A stretch of DNA of 19,756 nt, from positions 1 to 19,756 of the forward strand of contig JAWBON010000020.1 of assembly GCA_038826135.1 (NCBI GenBank), given 5' to 3'. The notes under the pieces are model-generated. The model worked only from the letters and a program-made list of their open reading frames with translations. It was not told the DNA's origin and searched no databases. Source of the stretch: Candidatus Odinarchaeota archaeon (GTDB lineage Archaea; Asgardarchaeota; Odinarchaeia; Odinarchaeales; Odinarchaeaceae). Of this stretch, positions 1 through 8,399 are shown piece after piece. Position 1 is the first letter of the stretch; every line of letters starts with the position of its first letter. Made by a program: the position numbers and the translations under genes.

Positions 1-20
1 ATCGGTTGCCTCTTAACCAA
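1..20 (-). CDS. infB: 5' end (7 codons, runs off the window) of probable translation initiation factor aIF5B/IF-2
   Basis: Minus strand reads SD-like AGGTGA, then TTG GTT AAG AGG CAA CCG AT = M-V-K-R-Q-P-I. RQPI is the motif that opens the aIF5B G-domain (RQPIVxVLGHVDHGKT). Position and strand match the canonical rpl24e-ndk-infB order. Only 7 codons are visible. Confidence 0.6.
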
Positions 21-101
21 TCCAGTTCACCTTCTAAAACATAAAAGATTTTTAAATAACATCTAAACAATAGTTTTACCATTAATAAAACTGTGGTGGA
101 T

Positions 102-758
102 ATGATACAGAAATCACTAGTCTTATTAAAACCTGACGCGTATTTACGGAGGTATATAGGCGCGTGCGTACTAAAAGAGTTTAGGGATAACGGTTTGCTT
201 AAAATTAAAGCGTTTAAAGAAGTAGCTGCCTCGCCGAGTTTAGCTGAAAAACATTATTCAGTTCACCGAGAGAAGCCTTTTTTTAAACAGCTTATAGACT
301 ATCTTACATTAGGGCCTGTGATCGCGATGGTGGTTGAAGGTGAAGACGCTATATCGTCTATTAGATTAATGCTTGGCAGCACCTTCAGTGAGAAAGCGGC
401 ACCGAACACGGTTAGGGGGAAGTACGGGATCTGGGATGGAATTAACGTTGTTCATGCATCCGACGGTGATGAAACGGCTAAATATGAGATTTCACTATGG
501 CAGAGAGAGGCGGGTCTTATTGAACAGCCTTCAAAAGTTGTTAACAAGTTAATAGACAAATACATAGATCAATGGTCTAAGCGGAGAGTAGATAACACTT
601 TAAAGTTGAGAGAAATATGCCATTTAATCGCTGAGGATAAAAGTAAAATGGAGATTTACATGAATGAGATCTTTAATTTACTTAGAGTTGAATGCTTAGA
701 CTCGGATGAGATAACGGTGCAAAGATTCGTGAAAGTGATATTGGCTACTTTAAAATAA
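102..758 (+). CDS. ndk: Nucleoside diphosphate kinase with ~85 aa C-terminal extension
   Basis: Motifs LLKPD, EKHY, KPFF, GPV, IRLMLGST, TVRG and NVVHASD (phospho-His), then YEISLW. ATG at 102 follows GTGGTGGA (SD-like); the ORF track starts at GTG 93. Confidence 0.93.
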   Translation: MIQKSLVLLKPDAYLRRYIGACVLKEFRDNGLLKIKAFKEVAASPSLAEKHYSVHREKPFFKQLIDYLTLGPVIAMVVEGEDAISSIRLMLGSTFSEKAAPNTVRGKYGIWDGINVVHASDGDETAKYEISLWQREAGLIEQPSKVVNKLIDKYIDQWSKRRVDNTLKLREICHLIAEDKSKMEIYMNEIFNLLRVECLDSDEITVQRFVKVILATLK

Positions 759-761
759 TAA

Positions 762-995
762 TTATTCGGTTTTCTTCGTCTCAGGTAGGCTCTCCGCTGT
801 TTTCCCAGTTGATTTTTCTTGCCTAGGATAATATTTAGTCCATTTAAATTTTCTAGGTTTCCTCTTATAGATTAACAGGTTCTTCTTACATTTAGAGGAG
901 CAGAAATGGAGAGCGGAACCGTCGATCTTAAAATACGTTAAGCCTGTGCCCACCTTAATATCCTCACCGCAGAAAGAGCATTTAAATATCTTCAT
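762..995 (-). CDS. rpl24e: 50S ribosomal protein L24e
   Basis: CSFCG..I..GTG...FCSSKC Zn-finger (TRASH) signature, RKPRKFKWT; sits after rps28e. Confidence 0.97.
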   Translation of the reverse strand: MKIFKCSFCGEDIKVGTGLTYFKIDGSALHFCSSKCKKNLLIYKRKPRKFKWTKYYPRQEKSTGKTAESLPETKKTE

Positions 996-1011
996 TTCAA
1001 TTACCTCTAGT

Positions 1012-1230
1012 TTAACGTATTTTTATTTTCCTAGCTTCCCTCTCAGTCTCTCTTAACATAAGTATGTCACCGACTCTCACAGGACCTTTAACATTACGGG
1101 TGAGAATTCTACCCTTATCTTTACCTGCTAATATGCGCACCTTAACTTGAATAATTTCCCCTGTTATGCCAGTGCGACCTGCTAGTTGAATCACTTCAGC
1201 GGGTATAGAAACATCTTCCTGTGAGCTCAT
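1012..1230 (-). CDS. rps28e: 30S ribosomal protein S28e
   Basis: [17 protein letters not shown]...[27 protein letters not shown] signature. Confidence 0.98.
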   Translation of the reverse strand: MSSQEDVSIPAEVIQLAGRTGITGEIIQVKVRILAGKDKGRILTRNVKGPVRVGDILMLRETEREARKIKIR

Positions 1231-1244
1231 TTTTACACCTCAAG

Positions 1245-1613
1245 TTATTTTAACGAAGAGACTTTTTTAGCAATTTCACTGATTTGATCTTTAGCTTTAC
1301 CCTCGTCAACAACTGCTATAGCGGAGGAGCTTACATCTATCCCAACTGAGGCGCCTAGCTTCTGTTTACTTGGAACATACGTGTATGGGATTTTCTTCTC
1401 TTCGCAGAGTAAAGGTATATGTGCTACAACTTCAGGCGGGTCGACGTCAACAGCCATTACAACGAGTTTAGCAATCCCTCTTTCAATAGCTTTAGTTGTC
1501 TCATTAGTCCCCTTCCTAATCTTACCTGTATCTCTCACAATCTCTAATGCTTGATATGTTTTATCCACCAATTCAGACGGGACTTCAAACCTAACATGTA
1601 TCGGTTTAACCAT
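1245..1613 (-). CDS. rpl7ae: 50S ribosomal protein L7Ae (also the K-turn-binding core of C/D and H/ACA sRNPs)
   Basis: [17 protein letters not shown]...[20 protein letters not shown] signature; AGGAGG SD upstream. Confidence 0.98.
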   Translation of the reverse strand: MVKPIHVRFEVPSELVDKTYQALEIVRDTGKIRKGTNETTKAIERGIAKLVVMAVDVDPPEVVAHIPLLCEEKKIPYTYVPSKQKLGASVGIDVSSSAIAVVDEGKAKDQISEIAKKVSSLK

Positions 1614-1614
1614 T

Positions 1615-1653
1615 TATAATTCCTCCTTCAGGACCTAGCCTTCATCAATCATA
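1615..1653 (-). promoter_or_regulatory. K-turn/K-loop-like element in the rpl7ae 5' leader, next to the SD (putative L7Ae autoregulatory site)
   Basis: Minus strand: TATGATT-GAT-GA-AGG-CTAGGT-CCT-GA-AGGAGG-AATTATA. It contains box C-like TGATGA and box D-like CTGA, tandem GA/GA pairs closing an AGG/CCT stem, and a 7-bp TATGATT/AATTATA outer stem around the SD. Confidence 0.65.
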
Positions 1654-1802
1654 GTTATGAAACTTGAGTAACTGAATACAAACTATATTATTAATCTTTG
1701 CGTTTACATTCTTAGCGTAAATCCCTTATAAAAATTATCACATCCTATAGTATGTGTTAAAGATAGAATATTTTTAGCTTAGTATGCTCTGGTCTTGAAA
1801 GA

Positions 1803-2891
1803 TTAAGATCTATTAGCGTATTTGGATACGTCTACGCCTCTCAGCCTCAGCCACTCAGCTGTTTTACCTGTTATTATAAGAGGGCGCAGACGCAGCTCGG
1901 ATAGTGTTTTAGCCCCTACCAAGTACATTGCAACTTTAAGTTGCTGAATAATGTTATTTAGATAGCTTCTAAGATTATTAAGACCTTTAGCAGCCTCTCT
2001 GAGGAACGGTAGAGAAATGCTTGCAACACTTGCGCCTAAAGATAGGCTTTTAGCTACATCTATCCCTGTCCTCAAACCGCCTGACGCTATCACAGGGATT
2101 CTGGTTGACGTTACACACTCTATTAAACTTATAGCTGTCGGTATACCCCAATCCCAGAAGACTTTACCTAATTCGTTACCGCCTCGAATATATTCCACCG
2201 CAGACCAGCTGGTGCCGCCAGCACCGCTGACATCTATCGCTGAAACACCAGCTTCTTCTAATTTTTTAGCGTCTTCGCCACATATCCCGGCGCCTGTTTC
2301 CTTAACGATGACTGGGATTGCCAGTTCCCTGGTTATTTTTGCAAGGTTTTCAATGAATCTGTCAAAACTTGTCTCTCCCTCTAATTGAACGGATTCTTGT
2401 AAACAGTTAAGATGAATAGCTAACGCGTCTGCAGATATCATATTAACGATTTTTTTAAGTTCATTGTTTTTAAGGGAGGAGATTTGGGGGGCGCCTATAT
2501 TAGCTATGAGAAGGGATTTAGGTGCCTGTTCTCTAGCTATACGGTATGTTTCTACTAGACTTTCATTGTTTAAAGCAGCTCTCTGACTGCCCACACCCAT
2601 TCCTATCCCATATTCCTCAGCGACTTTTCCAAGCTTGCGATTAAGATCTAAAGCTTTAGGGTGACCGCCTGTCATAGACCCTATTATTATCGGATATTTT
2701 AAGCGGTGGCCGAGGAATTCTGTTTCTAAGCTGATTTCACTCATTTTAAATGCAGGGATAGCTCTGTGTATGAAAGAGATGTCTTCAAGCCCTGTGGTTT
2801 TTTCCCTACTTTCAACATCACTATTTAAACATATATCTATGTGATCCGATTTCCTGTTTTCTATTTTATAGCCAGGCATTTGTTGAAACAC
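1803..2891 (-). CDS. fni: Type 2 isopentenyl-diphosphate delta-isomerase (IDI-2, FMN-dependent)
   Basis: RKSDHI, SMTGGH, GMGVGSQR, IANIGA, HLNCLQESVQLEG, VIVKETGAG, GAGGTSW, FWDWGIPT, IASGGLRTG. The start may be ATG 2879. Confidence 0.97.
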   Translation of the reverse strand: MFQQMPGYKIENRKSDHIDICLNSDVESREKTTGLEDISFIHRAIPAFKMSEISLETEFLGHRLKYPIIIGSMTGGHPKALDLNRKLGKVAEEYGIGMGVGSQRAALNNESLVETYRIAREQAPKSLLIANIGAPQISSLKNNELKKIVNMISADALAIHLNCLQESVQLEGETSFDRFIENLAKITRELAIPVIVKETGAGICGEDAKKLEEAGVSAIDVSGAGGTSWSAVEYIRGGNELGKVFWDWGIPTAISLIECVTSTRIPVIASGGLRTGIDVAKSLSLGASVASISLPFLREAAKGLNNLRSYLNNIIQQLKVAMYLVGAKTLSELRLRPLIITGKTAEWLRLRGVDVSKYANRS

Positions 2892-2916
2892 CCATTAATA
2901 TTTGAAGATTTAAGGA

Positions 2917-3735
2917 TTAATTATTATTCGTTTTCCAGTCTTTAAACCGTGTACAAACAATTTCAAAACCGTTTAATATTCTGTTAAGATTACCCGGTTT
3001 TTTAGCGTTAATAATATATATGTCTATTCCATGTTTAGCAACTTTAACTAATTCTTTTACTTTACCGTACATTCCGCCGGTAACATCTATAGAGTTAGCG
3101 GCGGATGTCCTCAAGTTGATTAGAATCTTTCTGTAATTTTCTGGCGTTATCTCGGGGATTAGACGTGCGCTTTGACTTTTTTTAGGATCTGCTGAATATA
3201 TACCGTCAGTATCTGTTCCGAGGATTATTCTTTCAGTCTCAAGTTTAGTAGACAGATAGCTTATTATTTGATCACCTGAAAGTATAGCTGCTCCTTGAAT
3301 AATATCGTAAACAACATCGCCGAATAAAATTGGTATAAGCCCTATTTCCAGAATACTTGTTAAAGGTTGAATGAAGCTTCTATATATTCGCCCGCGCTTA
3401 GTGATAAAAATGTCGTGGGGGCTGAAAGATATAACTGGAAATTTTTCCTGAAGGAAGATATCCACGATTATTTTATTTAGTGTAAGCATGGCTTCACTGG
3501 TTTCAGCTACCCCGGGGATTTGAGCAGCGTTTTTAAGTCCTTCAGCTATCATATATTTTTTAGCTATCGGGTGACCGAACGATCCCCCGCCGTGAACTAT
3601 AATCGTCTTCTTCTTTTTAATTAAATCCATCTCGCGGGCTAGGGATCTGATTAATTTTTTATCAACAGATAATGGTTTACTCTTATCTGTTATAACGCTT
3701 CCACCAATCTTTATTATCGTTAATTTATCATTCAA
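2917..3735 (-). CDS. ipk: Isopentenyl phosphate kinase (amino-acid-kinase fold)
   Basis: KIGGSVITDK, IVHGGGSFGH (IPK-specific His), LFGDVV, SGD, DVTGGMYGK; lies between mvk and fni. TTG start overlaps the mvk stop. Confidence 0.93.
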   Translation of the reverse strand: MNDKLTIIKIGGSVITDKSKPLSVDKKLIRSLAREMDLIKKKKTIIVHGGGSFGHPIAKKYMIAEGLKNAAQIPGVAETSEAMLTLNKIIVDIFLQEKFPVISFSPHDIFITKRGRIYRSFIQPLTSILEIGLIPILFGDVVYDIIQGAAILSGDQIISYLSTKLETERIILGTDTDGIYSADPKKSQSARLIPEITPENYRKILINLRTSAANSIDVTGGMYGKVKELVKVAKHGIDIYIINAKKPGNLNRILNGFEIVCTRFKDWKTNNN

Positions 3736-4690
3736 TTCTCACACCTACGGGGGTTATATGTGTGGTATAGGCTTTACCACCGGCTTCGCATATTTTCAAT
3801 GCGATGGTTTCGCATCTTTCAGGGGGGGCTAACGCTACCATACACCCCCCTCCGCCGGCCCCTGTTAACTTTGCACCGTACGCGCCCGCCACTCTAGCTG
3901 CGTAAATTAATCTCTCCAGTTCTATAGTTGAAACCCCGAGAGATTCTAAAAGAGCCTGATTTATATTCATTAATTCACCTAGTTTAGCCGGATTAAAATC
4001 CTCTAAATAACGTTTAGCCTGTAGGCTGATTCTCCCGATGGCTGTTAATATAGGCTTAAATATTTCAGTGTATTTAAGATAGTTTTCGCGAACTTTTTTA
4101 ACCATTCCACCTGTATTCCTCTTCTTTAGTGTGTCACCTAAAATTAACGGTATATTGCTGGGGATACTTATTTTCGAAATCCTGCCGCTCTTAAATAAGA
4201 TTCCCCCACCGTAAACCGATACAGTGTTATCTATACCTGAAGGGGATCCGTGGACGATTTTCTCCGAGTGGAAGGCTAAATCAGATATTTCCCGCTCCTT
4301 AAGATGAATACCGAAGAGTTCGCTCACAGCTTTAACTGTGGCGACAGCCACCGCGGCTGATGACCCTAAGCCTGAAGCGTCGGGGATTTTTGAATCAATT
4401 AAAATCTCCACCCCGTCTTTAATTTTCAAGAATTCAAGCGTTTTCACAACACTTACATAGACGGGTTGAATGTTTTTTTCAATGTTAACATCCGTATTAT
4501 ATGTAATTGGTAGAATTGTTTTTTTATCGTATTGTTTAGCCTGAATTAGGGCTTTCCCTTTTTCATAAGGTTTAGCTGTGGCTTTAGCCCGGATGTCTAT
4601 AGCCACAGCTAAAGCGGGTAAACCGTAAACAACACTATGCTCACCAGTGACTATACACTTACCTGGAGCTGAAGCGGTTACCTCTCTCAT
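3728..4690 (-). CDS. mvk: Mevalonate kinase (GHMP family)
   Basis: SAPGK...GEHSVVYG, P-x-x-SGLGSSAA, HGSPSGID, AKLTGAGGGG; canonical rps2-mvk-ipk-fni context. Confidence 0.95.
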   Translation of the reverse strand: MREVTASAPGKCIVTGEHSVVYGLPALAVAIDIRAKATAKPYEKGKALIQAKQYDKKTILPITYNTDVNIEKNIQPVYVSVVKTLEFLKIKDGVEILIDSKIPDASGLGSSAAVAVATVKAVSELFGIHLKEREISDLAFHSEKIVHGSPSGIDNTVSVYGGGILFKSGRISKISIPSNIPLILGDTLKKRNTGGMVKKVRENYLKYTEIFKPILTAIGRISLQAKRYLEDFNPAKLGELMNINQALLESLGVSTIELERLIYAARVAGAYGAKLTGAGGGGCMVALAPPERCETIALKICEAGGKAYTTHITPVGVRIE

Positions 4691-4776
4691 AAGATCATGC
4701 CAAACAGATTAATTATGTTTTAAACTGTTAAATAATAAGCTGATTTTATTTATAATCTATGTTAAAGAGGTTAAAA

Positions 4777-4794
4777 AATCAGCGGCAGCTGATT
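4777..4794 (-). terminator. Perfect 7-bp hairpin followed by a T-tract downstream of rps2
   Basis: Minus strand AATCAGC-TGCC-GCTGATT then TTTTAACC, 24 nt after the rps2 stop. Function is inferred from position only. Confidence 0.4.
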
Positions 4795-4818
4795 AATATA
4801 AAGCAGGGGATGAATATT

Positions 4819-5463
4819 CTAGAATACTTTTATCGGGGTTTGAAACTCATCTATTTTCACAGGGAATTCAGCGTCGAAGGGTAGTTCCCCTCTCTCTCTG
4901 AGGATTTGCCTTGCGAGTAACCAGAAGATTGTGGATAGGGCTTTCCTGCCTTTATTATTTGTAGGAATTATTAAATCAACATTATATCCGTTATTATCTG
5001 TGTCACATAAGGCTATAACAGGCATTTTAGCACGGGTAGCTTCACTTATAGCTTGAGCGTCAGCTCTAGGATCGGTTGCGATGAGTAGTTTAGGTTCGAT
5101 GTATTTCTTATATTCAGGATTGGTTAAAGACCCTGGTATAAATCGGCCTGCTATACATCTAGTTCTAGTTATAGCGCAGAATCGTTCTACTGGTCGTTTA
5201 CCATACTGTCTGGCTGAAACCACTACAATCTCAGCTGGATCGTATCTGGCTATAAATTTAGCTGCAACCCTTATTCGCTCATCAGTTTTTTTAATATCTA
5301 GAACATACAATCCGTCTGGTCTGACACGATATATAAAAGGCATCATCGATTTTGTTTTAATCTGGGTTCCTATGTGAACTCCACTAGCCAGATACTGGTC
5401 TAACGGTATTAGAAGTTCCGCTTCTATTTGCTGCTCTGCATTATCTGTTGATAATTTTAACAC
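4819..5463 (-). CDS. rps2: 30S ribosomal protein S2
   Basis: YLASGVHIGT, FIYRVRPDGLYVLD, GRFIPGSLTNP, DPRADAQAI, IPTNNKGRKAL; GTG start after a GGAG SD. Confidence 0.98.
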   Translation of the reverse strand: MLKLSTDNAEQQIEAELLIPLDQYLASGVHIGTQIKTKSMMPFIYRVRPDGLYVLDIKKTDERIRVAAKFIARYDPAEIVVVSARQYGKRPVERFCAITRTRCIAGRFIPGSLTNPEYKKYIEPKLLIATDPRADAQAISEATRAKMPVIALCDTDNNGYNVDLIIPTNNKGRKALSTIFWLLARQILRERGELPFDAEFPVKIDEFQTPIKVF

Positions 5464-5494
5464 CTCCAGACTTCTATATTCATAATCTATGTGA

Positions 5495-5510
5495 TTTATA
5501 AAGCTTTTAT
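5495..5510 (-). promoter_or_regulatory. Putative internal BRE/TATA promoter for rps2
   Basis: TTTATAAA at 5495-5502, preceded on the minus strand by purine-rich ATAAAAGC, about 32 nt upstream of the rps2 start in the rpoN-rps2 spacer. Confidence 0.45.
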
Positions 5511-5512
5511 GA

Positions 5513-5710
5513 TTAGAATTTTATAACATCATCGATTAGGTTAACATGGGATAGTAGCATTCTTCTACAACAATATCTATCGACACCCATCTCGTCTAGC
5601 ACTTTTTTAGGATCTTCACCTTTAAGAACCCTGTCTTTGAATAACTCCCATTTATCAGCGATAAGCTTACCGCATGTGAAACATCTCACTGGAATAATGA
5701 TTTTGAACAC
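5513..5710 (-). CDS. rpoN: DNA-directed RNA polymerase subunit N (Rpo10)
   Basis: [11 protein letters not shown]...[12 protein letters not shown] Zn-binding signature. Confidence 0.98.
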   Translation of the reverse strand: MFKIIIPVRCFTCGKLIADKWELFKDRVLKGEDPKKVLDEMGVDRYCCRRMLLSHVNLIDDVIKF

Positions 5711-5727
5711 CTCCGATAATAATTATT

Positions 5728-6132
5728 TTACCTATAAGATTTCTGCTTCTTAGCTCTAGCGCTTCTCCCTCCGAATTTTTTAGGCTCTGTTCTACGAGAG
5801 TCCCCTGCTAGCAGGGTTCTATCATATTCCAGAAACGCTTTACGCAGTGCTTCATCTTTCTTCCATTGAAAAAGCGCTTTAGCTATCGCTGTTCTCACAG
5901 CGTCAGCTTGACTCATAAAACCTCCACCGCTTACTTTAACATCTATATCTATTTTACTTAGAGGTTTTTCACCAACTAAAATTATAGGCTCCATTATCTT
6001 ATATCTTGCAATAGTGTTACCGTATAATTCTAAAGGTATGCTGTTTATTCGGATTTTACCTGTTCCCTCTTTAATAGTAGCGCGGGCTATCGCCGTCTTT
6101 CTTTTACCGCTTGTTAAAAGAACTTTAGTCAT
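5728..6132 (-). CDS. rps9: 30S ribosomal protein S9
   Basis: [64 protein letters not shown] 6132 preferred over the track start 6147 because of the GAGGGAG SD. Confidence 0.98.
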   Translation of the reverse strand: MTKVLLTSGKRKTAIARATIKEGTGKIRINSIPLELYGNTIARYKIMEPIILVGEKPLSKIDIDVKVSGGGFMSQADAVRTAIAKALFQWKKDEALRKAFLEYDRTLLAGDSRRTEPKKFGGRSARAKKQKSYR

Positions 6133-6133
6133 A

Positions 6134-6577
6134 TTAATCTCCCTCATAAACCCAGCCTAACTCTTTTGAAAGCTCTTTTATCGTAATATATTTATTTTTA
6201 AGTTTATCAGCGCTGATGTTTTTTATTGTTTCCACCTCGTTTAATTTCACATCTTCAGGCAAGCCTATGTAAACTCTTAATCTCTTATAGGCTTCTCTAC
6301 CTCTCGCTGTTTTGAAAGGGAGCATACCACGAACTGTTCTCTTTATAATTCTATCCGGTTGCTTATAATGAAATGGTCCTTTCCAAGGCGCTGTAGCTGT
6401 TCTTAAATTAGTTCGACCTCTATATTGCTCTAGCACCTGGTTTCTTTTACCGGAGATAACAGCTTTCTCAGCGTTAATTATAATTATCTTTTCCCCTTCT
6501 AGAAGTCTTTTAGCTATAATACTTGAAAGCCGTCCGAGAATAGCATTCGTAGCGTCAATAATTTTATATTCAGTCAT
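6134..6577 (-). CDS. rpl13: 50S ribosomal protein L13
   Basis: [47 protein letters not shown] 6577 likely; the track start is GTG 6586. Confidence 0.97.
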   Translation of the reverse strand: MTEYKIIDATNAILGRLSSIIAKRLLEGEKIIIINAEKAVISGKRNQVLEQYRGRTNLRTATAPWKGPFHYKQPDRIIKRTVRGMLPFKTARGREAYKRLRVYIGLPEDVKLNEVETIKNISADKLKNKYITIKELSKELGWVYEGD

Positions 6578-6586
6578 ATAGGCCAC

Positions 6587-6940
6587 CTATTTGAGTAATA
6601 ATACACCTTTCCCTTCAGGATTTTTCTCAACATACTCAGCTAGACTTATATATTTTGAACCTGATTTGGAGAGTTTGGTTAAAGCTGATTGAGATATGCT
6701 AACAGCGGTTAGGATGACTTTTTTAGTTAAATCGCCGCGCCCTAGAATTTTTCCAGCAACGGCTATAACAGAGTTGTCTACCGCAAGCCTGTTTATTTTA
6801 TCTAGGTTAACCTGGGGGCGAAGACGCCTAGGCTTGGATAATTGTTCCGCTATTGTAAGCCAGACATTCGCCTTCTTCTTTTTTAACTTTACTATTAATT
6901 CTTGAATATTTTGATCAGTTGGACCTGTAGGCTTAACCAT
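6587..6940 (-). CDS. rpl18e: 50S ribosomal protein L18e
   Basis: PRRLRPQVNLDKINR, VAGKILGRG, KNPEG; TAATG overlap with the rpoD stop. Confidence 0.95.
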   Translation of the reverse strand: MVKPTGPTDQNIQELIVKLKKKKANVWLTIAEQLSKPRRLRPQVNLDKINRLAVDNSVIAVAGKILGRGDLTKKVILTAVSISQSALTKLSKSGSKYISLAEYVEKNPEGKGVLLLK

Positions 6941-7773
6941 TATTTATCAACCTCGGCTTTTCCGGCCACTATACTACGGAGCTCTATTAATTTACTATCG
7001 AAGATGTTTAAAGCTTCTAAAACTATTCTTTCAGGCGGGAGCGCCCCCGTGGACTCTACTGTGAATATCAGCTTGTTTTTATCATATGATACGTTGATAG
7101 CCTTAGACTTGCATTTATTCACGCATTCAAGACAGAGTATACAATCATCTACATTTTCAAGTATGAGCTTGTTTTTTTCCATTTTAAATATTTTTTTAGG
7201 GCATTCGGAGACACAGTCACCGCATAGATTACATTTCTCGGTGTCTAATTCAATAATAGGTTTATATTTATAGAAACAGGCGGACACAGGCTCCCATTTT
7301 GCATGTTCTTTACCTGTCCCTAGTCTAGCATAGGCTTCTAGTGTAAGGCGCTGGCCACGCTGCATTTTAGTTATCGGTATATTAGGGCTCACGGGGATAA
7401 TATTATTATCATCCGATTTAAGATCACCTGAGAGAACGGTTTCATTTTCACCTTCAGCTTTTCTATCCAGTGATAGTGTTACCTGGCATCTAGAGCAGCC
7501 TACTCCTTGGCAGCTACACTTATCTTTAGGCACATAATTGTCAAGGTCTGTTTTCAAAGGGATTAAACCCAGTCTGTGAGCTATTATTTCATCGAATAGA
7601 GGGCTTGTATTCTCCGCTACGTATATTTCTTCTATAGCCATAGTTGGCACCTCCGAGATCATTATACGTCTCAGAGAGTTCGCTATAGAGGCGTCTAAAT
7701 CCTCTAGAGTGAAGCGGAGTTTATCGCCGTTTCTAACAAGATCTTTAACATTCAATACACGTTCACCATACAA
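6940..7773 (-). CDS. rpoD: DNA-directed RNA polymerase subunit D (Rpo3) with a 2x[4Fe-4S] ferredoxin-like insert
   Basis: ANSLRRIMISEVPTMAIE, NTSPLFDEIIAHRLGLIPL, GTGKEHAKWEP, FTVESTGALPP; two CxxCxxCxxxC motifs plus CSCQGVGCSRC. Confidence 0.98.
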   Translation of the reverse strand: MYGERVLNVKDLVRNGDKLRFTLEDLDASIANSLRRIMISEVPTMAIEEIYVAENTSPLFDEIIAHRLGLIPLKTDLDNYVPKDKCSCQGVGCSRCQVTLSLDRKAEGENETVLSGDLKSDDNNIIPVSPNIPITKMQRGQRLTLEAYARLGTGKEHAKWEPVSACFYKYKPIIELDTEKCNLCGDCVSECPKKIFKMEKNKLILENVDDCILCLECVNKCKSKAINVSYDKNKLIFTVESTGALPPERIVLEALNIFDSKLIELRSIVAGKAEVDK

Positions 7774-7807
7774 TAATAGTGTATGCGATAATCGTATAAA
7801 CTATATT

Positions 7808-8323
7808 TTAACTTTTCTGATTTAATCTATCAAACAGGGTTAATGCGCTACTCACACTGTCTGTTTGCGGTATGTACGGTTTGATATCTATAACAGGGGA
7901 GCCGTTAATCGCATCCAATCCTTTAACATACAGAATAGTACCTTTTCTATTAAGCAGTCTGACCACGCTTAAACCGATAGGGTTAGGTCTATTCTGGGCT
8001 CTTGACGCTAAAACACCAACTTCAGGAAGTGAAGGGTCGCCTTTTAAATGCACTTTTAAAGGTTTACCGAGTTCTTTTCTAAGATTGTGAAAATAGTATA
8101 AAACTATAATATGCGAGTGAAACTCTATTTTATAAAGCGCTTCCTCCAGATCAGGGTGGATTATAATTTCAACTGTTAAGTTTCTACTCTCCTCGGAATT
8201 TAACTGCCCACTGTTTTCAGAGCGTATGAAACCTATAGGCTTTAGCGCTATACGGGTTTTTTCAATTTTTCTAATATAATCAATTATAGATTGAGTGTTA
8301 GTAGACGCGGGCGGGTTACACAT
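7808..8323 (-). CDS. tsaA: tRNA m6t6A37 methyltransferase TrmO/TsaA family (true start probably downstream of 8323)
   Basis: LKPIGFIRS, HSHIIVLYYFH, GVLASRAQNRPNPIGLSVVRL, LDAINGSPVIDIKPY. Confidence 0.88.
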   Translation of the reverse strand: MCNPPASTNTQSIIDYIRKIEKTRIALKPIGFIRSENSGQLNSEESRNLTVEIIIHPDLEEALYKIEFHSHIIVLYYFHNLRKELGKPLKVHLKGDPSLPEVGVLASRAQNRPNPIGLSVVRLLNRKGTILYVKGLDAINGSPVIDIKPYIPQTDSVSSALTLFDRLNQKS

Positions 8324-8399
8324 AACATCACCTTTAAAACCGCTACCGTAATATAATTTCCCAGCTTAAACATTTAGAGTATTAAAATAACCTAGTATT

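Noticed and set aside
1614-1802. Possible C/D box guide sRNA, given that L7Ae, fibrillarin and Nop5 are all in the window
   Set aside because: Only 10 nt separate the box C-like and box D-like motifs and there are no C'/D' boxes. It is better read as an mRNA-leader K-turn. No other C/D pair was seen in spacers.
5464-6942. tRNA genes often found near rpoN/rpoK and rpl18e
   Set aside because: Spacers are 49 nt or less, or the genes overlap, and no cloverleaf or GTTC-type T-loop is present.
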